NCBI GenBank assembly: GCA_049599475.1
Contig: JBMYOQ010000007.1
Span: 49,800-113,799, forward strand
DNA: 64,000 bases
Direction: 5' to 3'
DNA from: Opitutales bacterium
GTDB lineage: Bacteria > Verrucomicrobiota > Verrucomicrobiia > Opitutales > JABSRG01
Each line of letters opens with the position of its first letter. Positions within the stretch are counted from its first letter, which is position 1. A program made the position numbers and the translations under genes. The notes beneath the pieces were generated by a model that had not been told where the DNA came from, did no database searches, and worked only from the letters and a program-made list of their open reading frames with translations. Below are positions 59,408 through 64,000 of the stretch, one piece after another.

Positions 59408-60955
59408 ATGACTGAACAAATCCGCCACCCCTTCCTCCAAGGGCTCAGCAAGCACCGCGGCGCTCCTCCCACCGTGATCGTAATTTTCGGAGCCTCCGGA
59501 GACTTGACCAAGCGCAAACTTGTGCCTGCCCTGTATAATTTGGGGCTCGATAATTTGCTACCTGCAGACTTCTGCTTGATCGGATATGGCCGCAAACCCA
59601 TCCCAGATGAGAAGTTCCAGCAAGTCAGTGAAGACTCTATTAAGAAGTATTCACGTCGCCCCTTGAACGACGAAGTCTGGGGGAAGATCAAGAAAAACAC
59701 CGGTTACCACGCAGGTGGCTACGATGAACTCGAAGCTTTTGTCTCACTCAAGGAGCGTATCGAAAACATCGAGAAGGAGATGGGCCGCGATGTCCAAGTC
59801 GTGTTCTACATCTCAACGCCTCCGACAGTATTTGTTCCGATTATTCAGTGCCTTGGAAAATCTGGCTTGTCCCGCATGCACCAAGACACGCCATTGGCTT
59901 CAAAGGTTGTAATCGAAAAACCATTTGGCCGAGATCTCGCATCTGCGCAGCACCTCAACGGTGTCATCAATGGCGAATTCAAGGAAAACCAAGTCTACCG
60001 CATCGACCATTACTTGGGTAAGGAAACTGTCCAAGACTTGCTCGTTCAGCGCTTCGCAAACTCTATTTTCGAACCGATTTGGAATCGTGAATATGTAAAC
60101 CACGTCCAAATCACAGTGGCAGAGAGTCTCCCTGTGGGTGATCGTGGCGGTTACTACGACACCAGTGGTGCGCTCCGTGATATGATCCAAAACCACACCA
60201 TGCAGCTGCTCGCGCTCACCGCGATGGAGCCGCCGGTGTCATTGGATCCGGAATCGATTCGCGATGAGAAGGTGAAAGTTCTCAAAGCAATCCAGCCTTT
60301 GGATCTCCGGGTAGACGGAGGAGATGTCGTGCGTGGCCGTTACACCGACGGCTTGGTGAATGGCCAGAAGGTCAAAAGCTATGTCGACGAAGTAGGTATT
60401 CCCGAGAGCTCCTTCACGGAGACGTACGCGGCCCTCCGCTTCTCTATCAACAACTGGCGCTGGAAGGGTGTTCCTTTCTACATGCGCTCGGGTAAGAGTC
60501 TGGCCTCAAAGGTCAGTGAGATCGCTATCCAGTTCAAGCGTCCTCCAGGCATCCTTTTCTCCGAAGGCGACAAGTATAACGTGGCGCCCAACACGATGGT
60601 GATCCGTATCCAGCCGGATGAGGGCGTTACCTTGGTCATGAATTCTAAGATTCCAGGTCTTGAGACACGCACTCAGCCGGTAAAAATGAGCTTTGGCCAC
60701 GCGACGACTTTTGGATCCAACACTCCAGAAGCTTACGAGCGCCTCATTCTCGACTCGATGATCGGGGACGGCACGCTCTTCATTCGTGGCGACGAAACTG
60801 AGGCCTCTTGGCGCATTTGCACGCCGATCCTAGAGTTCTGGGAAAAATGCGGCACTGAAGGCCTGGCGAATTATGTCGCCGGATCTTGGGGCCCGATCGA
60901 AGCGGACCGTATGCTCTGGGAAGATAAAAACACCTGGCGTTCTTCTGGGTCATAA
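59408..60955 (+). CDS. zwf: glucose-6-phosphate 1-dehydrogenase
   Basis: GASGDLTKRKL, EKPFG, RIDHYLGKE, RDMIQNH, WKGVPFY, AYERL. Confidence 0.98.
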   Translation: MTEQIRHPFLQGLSKHRGAPPTVIVIFGASGDLTKRKLVPALYNLGLDNLLPADFCLIGYGRKPIPDEKFQQVSEDSIKKYSRRPLNDEVWGKIKKNTGYHAGGYDELEAFVSLKERIENIEKEMGRDVQVVFYISTPPTVFVPIIQCLGKSGLSRMHQDTPLASKVVIEKPFGRDLASAQHLNGVINGEFKENQVYRIDHYLGKETVQDLLVQRFANSIFEPIWNREYVNHVQITVAESLPVGDRGGYYDTSGALRDMIQNHTMQLLALTAMEPPVSLDPESIRDEKVKVLKAIQPLDLRVDGGDVVRGRYTDGLVNGQKVKSYVDEVGIPESSFTETYAALRFSINNWRWKGVPFYMRSGKSLASKVSEIAIQFKRPPGILFSEGDKYNVAPNTMVIRIQPDEGVTLVMNSKIPGLETRTQPVKMSFGHATTFGSNTPEAYERLILDSMIGDGTLFIRGDETEASWRICTPILEFWEKCGTEGLANYVAGSWGPIEADRMLWEDKNTWRSSGS

Positions 60956-60978
60956 GGGCATTTTAAAAGAAGACCGCA

Positions 60979-61992
60979 ATGTCTACCATTTTTGATAAAT
61001 TACCCGGCCAAGAGCTCCCCGTTTCCAAAGTGACTCGCACTTTGGCCGCGATGTGGCAGGCCGAGGGCGGGCTCGCTAATCGTGAGAACTCCGGAATCCG
61101 TGCGTCTCAGCTGAACCTGGTGCTTCATTTCGGAGCAAGCACGCCGCCTGAAGAGGCACTCGAGCTTTTTGAAACCGCGGTTCAGTTTGGACAACGCACT
61201 CCATGTCGTATCATCGTCATGTGCCCGGAGTCCGATGCTACTGAAGAGGCCTTGATTCGTGGCAAGCTGTATACGCAGTGTTTCATTGGGGATAGCTTGC
61301 GCCAGTCTTGCTGCTGCGAGGCGCTCATCATGAACTACCAGCCAGGGGAGACTCAGTATTTGGAGAGCCAGATCAATCAGATTTCACTATGGCTCGAGGC
61401 GGATTTGCCCGGTTATTACTGGTTCCACCGCGTCCCACGCGAGATGATCGAAAACAAGTATCTTGGCTTCGTCAGCAAGTTTAACCGAATCGTCTACAAT
61501 TCTAATATCGAAGGCCCGGTCCTCGATGCGGTTGCGTGGCCTGACCGCTCTAAGGTAAAGGACTTTGCGCGCTCGCGCCTGTTGAAAGTACTGCAGTCGC
61601 TCGGACAATTCCTTAGCTCATATGATCCAGAGTTGCTGGTCGATGGCCTGAAAAGTGTGAAAATTGAAATTTTGCACGATCTTCAGGGCGAAGGACGCAA
61701 TCTGCTCGATTGGATGCAGTCGTGTGTTGGCAATTGCTTGAGCTTGGCAGGTAAGGAAGCGGGCAGTGTCGATTTTGATCTCTCCGAATTGGATGAAGAG
61801 CAGGCGTTCGTAGCAACGGTCACCTGGACCTACGATAACGACTACTTCTTTGAGTGGCGACTCGACCGCGCATCCCGCCTAACCAGCATCAAAGCTGACT
61901 TTGGTAAAGGCCCAGTCGAGAACACGCAGATCGTGACGAAGATGAAGCCGGTGGAAGTGCTGTCTGAGGCTCTCTTCTTTACACAGACCTAA
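60979..61992 (+). CDS. opcA: G6PDH assembly/activator protein OpcA
   Basis: Directly after zwf; RASQLNLV, PCRIIV, CCEAL, DLP..YW. Confidence 0.8.
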   Translation: MSTIFDKLPGQELPVSKVTRTLAAMWQAEGGLANRENSGIRASQLNLVLHFGASTPPEEALELFETAVQFGQRTPCRIIVMCPESDATEEALIRGKLYTQCFIGDSLRQSCCCEALIMNYQPGETQYLESQINQISLWLEADLPGYYWFHRVPREMIENKYLGFVSKFNRIVYNSNIEGPVLDAVAWPDRSKVKDFARSRLLKVLQSLGQFLSSYDPELLVDGLKSVKIEILHDLQGEGRNLLDWMQSCVGNCLSLAGKEAGSVDFDLSELDEEQAFVATVTWTYDNDYFFEWRLDRASRLTSIKADFGKGPVENTQIVTKMKPVEVLSEALFFTQT

Positions 61993-62017
61993 GGCGAAGC
62001 CGGAATTAGCAATTTCA

Positions 62018-62057
62018 ACCACGAATGGACATGAAGTCATTCCTGTCCATTCGTGGT
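62018..62057. repeat. perfect 14-bp inverted repeat between convergent genes (possible terminator)
   Basis: ACCACGAATGGACA-12nt-TGTCCATTCGTGGT. Confidence 0.75.
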
Positions 62058-62063
62058 GAGTCC

Positions 62064-63662
62064 TCATGCATTCGAAGTCCCAATAATCCACAGGACTCCG
62101 AAAATTAGCAGAGCGAAACAAAGCAAAGTAACCACGGGCGTTCGGGCTTTTCCCCAAGCAGTCTTTTCGTTTTCTCCCCAATAGAGCTCTTTGTTTTTAG
62201 GCTGAATTGGTTTTACGAGGGTTATTAAGAATCCTGTGCTCAGTGTTACCAAAGTTCCAATTGGGTTCCACCAGAGCCAGGATAGGTTCTCTACGAAGTG
62301 CCAGAGGAATAGATTGGTTCCGAATCCGGTTGCGAGGCCCGTGACTGCCGCCGCCATGCCTGCTCGTTTTACGAAGAACCCGAGGATAAAGACTCCTAAC
62401 AAGGGGCCATTCACGAGTGAGCCAATTTTGTTGATGGATTCGATTACGGTGTCTGCGATGTTTTCTACTTGGAAAGTAAATATAATGCAGACGACTCCCC
62501 AGAGAGCTGTGAGTGCTCGGTTGACGAAGGTTGTCTTATTTTTAGCGAACTTTCGGAAGGCGGTTGAGTTGTTGCTCAGGTCTTGAAAGCTCAGGAGACT
62601 CAGAGAGTTGATTGTCGAATCGAGTGATGACATCGCTGCTGCAAACAGGCCGGCGATGACGAGTCCCTTCAATACAAACGGAAATTGCTCGAGGACAAAA
62701 ATGGGAACGGATAGATTATAGGACACGTTGCCGTTGTCGTCGCTGAGTAGTGAAAGGAAATCTGGGTTCAGGCTCGCGTAGGCCCCGATACAGACCCCGA
62801 GGAAGCAGTAGCTTAAAACGATTGGAAAGCGTATGAGGCCTCCGATCAGCAGGGACTTTCGGGAATCGGAAACATTCTTCGTCGAGAGTTCACGCTGAGC
62901 CTGAGTCTGGTCACACCCATAATAAGACACGTAGAGGAACAACCCACCTATAAGCATCGGCCAGAAGCCATAAGGGTCACCCTCCAACCCCAGGTTGGAA
63001 AAGGCTATGGTTTGGGTGCCGATGGTTCCAGAAAATGTGTTCCAAGTGGCTTCGAACCCTCCATTCAGTTGCACGCCGATTGCACAGGCGATTAGGATGC
63101 TTCCTACCAGTACCAGTAATTGCACTACGTCGGACCAGATGACGGCCTTCATACCGCCGAGCATGTCATAGATTATCGTAAAAATGCCGAGTAGAATGAC
63201 GGATACGAAAAAGGAAAACCCGAGTAGGTGCTCGAGCACCAGGGAAATACCGTAGATGGTAACACCGGTAGAAAAGGCCCTGAGGAATTGAAACAACACG
63301 CTCAATATGAGGCGCGTGGGCTTTCCAAAACGTTGTTCTATGTAGTCGTATACCGAGAATAGCTTGAGGCGCCTGTAGACAGGAAAGAATACCAGGATCA
63401 GGACCGCCATTGCTAGAGGCACCGCAAGTTCATACTGGAGCCAAAGCAGACCACCCGTAAATGCAACAAAGGCTGGCGCTCCTAGGAGGCTGTTCGTCGA
63501 ACACTGTGTCGCCGCAGAGGACAAAGCAATGGGCCAGGGAGACAGGTCGTTGCCCGCTAAGTAGTAGTCCTTAGGATCTTTTTGCGATTTACGCATCCCC
63601 CAGCTCATCGCCATCATGGCGAAAAGATATATCGAGAGTGTAATCCAATCGAGACTATGCAT
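62064..63662 (-). CDS. sodium:solute symporter (SSS) family transporter
   Basis: YYLAG, SVYDYIEQRFG, GGMKAVIWSDVVQ, GCDQTQAQR, AAAMSSLDSTINS. Confidence 0.93.
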   Translation of the reverse strand: MHSLDWITLSIYLFAMMAMSWGMRKSQKDPKDYYLAGNDLSPWPIALSSAATQCSTNSLLGAPAFVAFTGGLLWLQYELAVPLAMAVLILVFFPVYRRLKLFSVYDYIEQRFGKPTRLILSVLFQFLRAFSTGVTIYGISLVLEHLLGFSFFVSVILLGIFTIIYDMLGGMKAVIWSDVVQLLVLVGSILIACAIGVQLNGGFEATWNTFSGTIGTQTIAFSNLGLEGDPYGFWPMLIGGLFLYVSYYGCDQTQAQRELSTKNVSDSRKSLLIGGLIRFPIVLSYCFLGVCIGAYASLNPDFLSLLSDDNGNVSYNLSVPIFVLEQFPFVLKGLVIAGLFAAAMSSLDSTINSLSLLSFQDLSNNSTAFRKFAKNKTTFVNRALTALWGVVCIIFTFQVENIADTVIESINKIGSLVNGPLLGVFILGFFVKRAGMAAAVTGLATGFGTNLFLWHFVENLSWLWWNPIGTLVTLSTGFLITLVKPIQPKNKELYWGENEKTAWGKARTPVVTLLCFALLIFGVLWIIGTSNA

Positions 63663-63858
63663 CGGAATTATTTAATCACGCGCGCGAGATTGACCTGCTA
63701 GATCTAGGCAGAGCATAACAGAAGAGCTGAAAAATTAACGAGTGATTGTTTTTACAACATAAATTATACCGATGCCGTATTCGCATTTAAATTTCATCAC
63801 GAACAGTTGGGACGACTCGAGAAAGTCTGGTGAGGTTGCATCGGATTCGAAACACATT

Positions 63859-63885
63859 GGTAGGGCGAATCGTCCCCGGTGAGCC
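63859..63885 (+). repeat. possible isolated GTAG-type REP
   Basis: GGTAG-GGCGAATCGTCCCCGGTGAGCC, imperfect hairpin with GTAG foot. Confidence 0.4.
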
Positions 63886-64000
63886 ACGATGGCGGAATTG
63901 GCTAACCGGAGATGGTAGAATGTTGCTTTTTTTTGGATGATGCCTTCGGTAGCAACTGTGTTTCTATGCCGAGCATAATATTGATTTTTTCAGTAAAGAT

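Noticed and set aside
49..62586. Numerous alternative-frame and antisense ORFs in the track (e.g. 49..369, 38400..39041, 45467..46210, 54002..54613)
   Set aside because: They fully overlap well-supported genes and lack motifs; shadow ORFs.

Overview
Gene-dense bacterial chromosomal window. Gene content and architecture (opcA-zwf, short hemA next to ccsA, GldA/F/G-type ABC, scarce Shine-Dalgarno motifs) suggest Verrucomicrobiota, probably Opitutales; this is inference only. Most of it is housekeeping: holA, lipB, dciA-like, thrS, hemH, tcdA, rpmI-rplT, ispH, pilT, hemA, zwf/opcA. Two accessory blocks stand out. (1) At 14.8-24.3 kb, between thrS and hemH and bracketed by REP hairpins plus a RAYT transposase, is a tightly coupled five-gene operon. 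It encodes an Fe-alcohol dehydrogenase, a secreted hydrazine-synthase-alpha-like dihaem protein fused to a Cys-less FGE domain, a secreted beta-propeller, a secreted beta-propeller + dihaem CCP/MauG-like protein (HZS beta-gamma-like), and a chorismatase/Rid-like protein. This is the best candidate for an undescribed enzyme system. (2) At 43.3-58.9 kb is a complete assimilatory nitrate cluster (MOSC, mobA, LysR, NasS-like sensor, porin, nrtABCD, nitrate reductase, NirA, CysJ-like diflavin reductase) with visible LysR-type boxes and intercistronic hairpins. Also seen: an S9 peptidase interrupted by a single in-frame TAG, a chemoreceptor with a NIT-like sensor, an NDH-2/cNMP/CBS fusion, an N-terminally extended IspH, and several tandem-unit inverted repeats. 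No rRNA, tRNA or CRISPR array was recognised. All family calls are by motif recognition; no database search was run.
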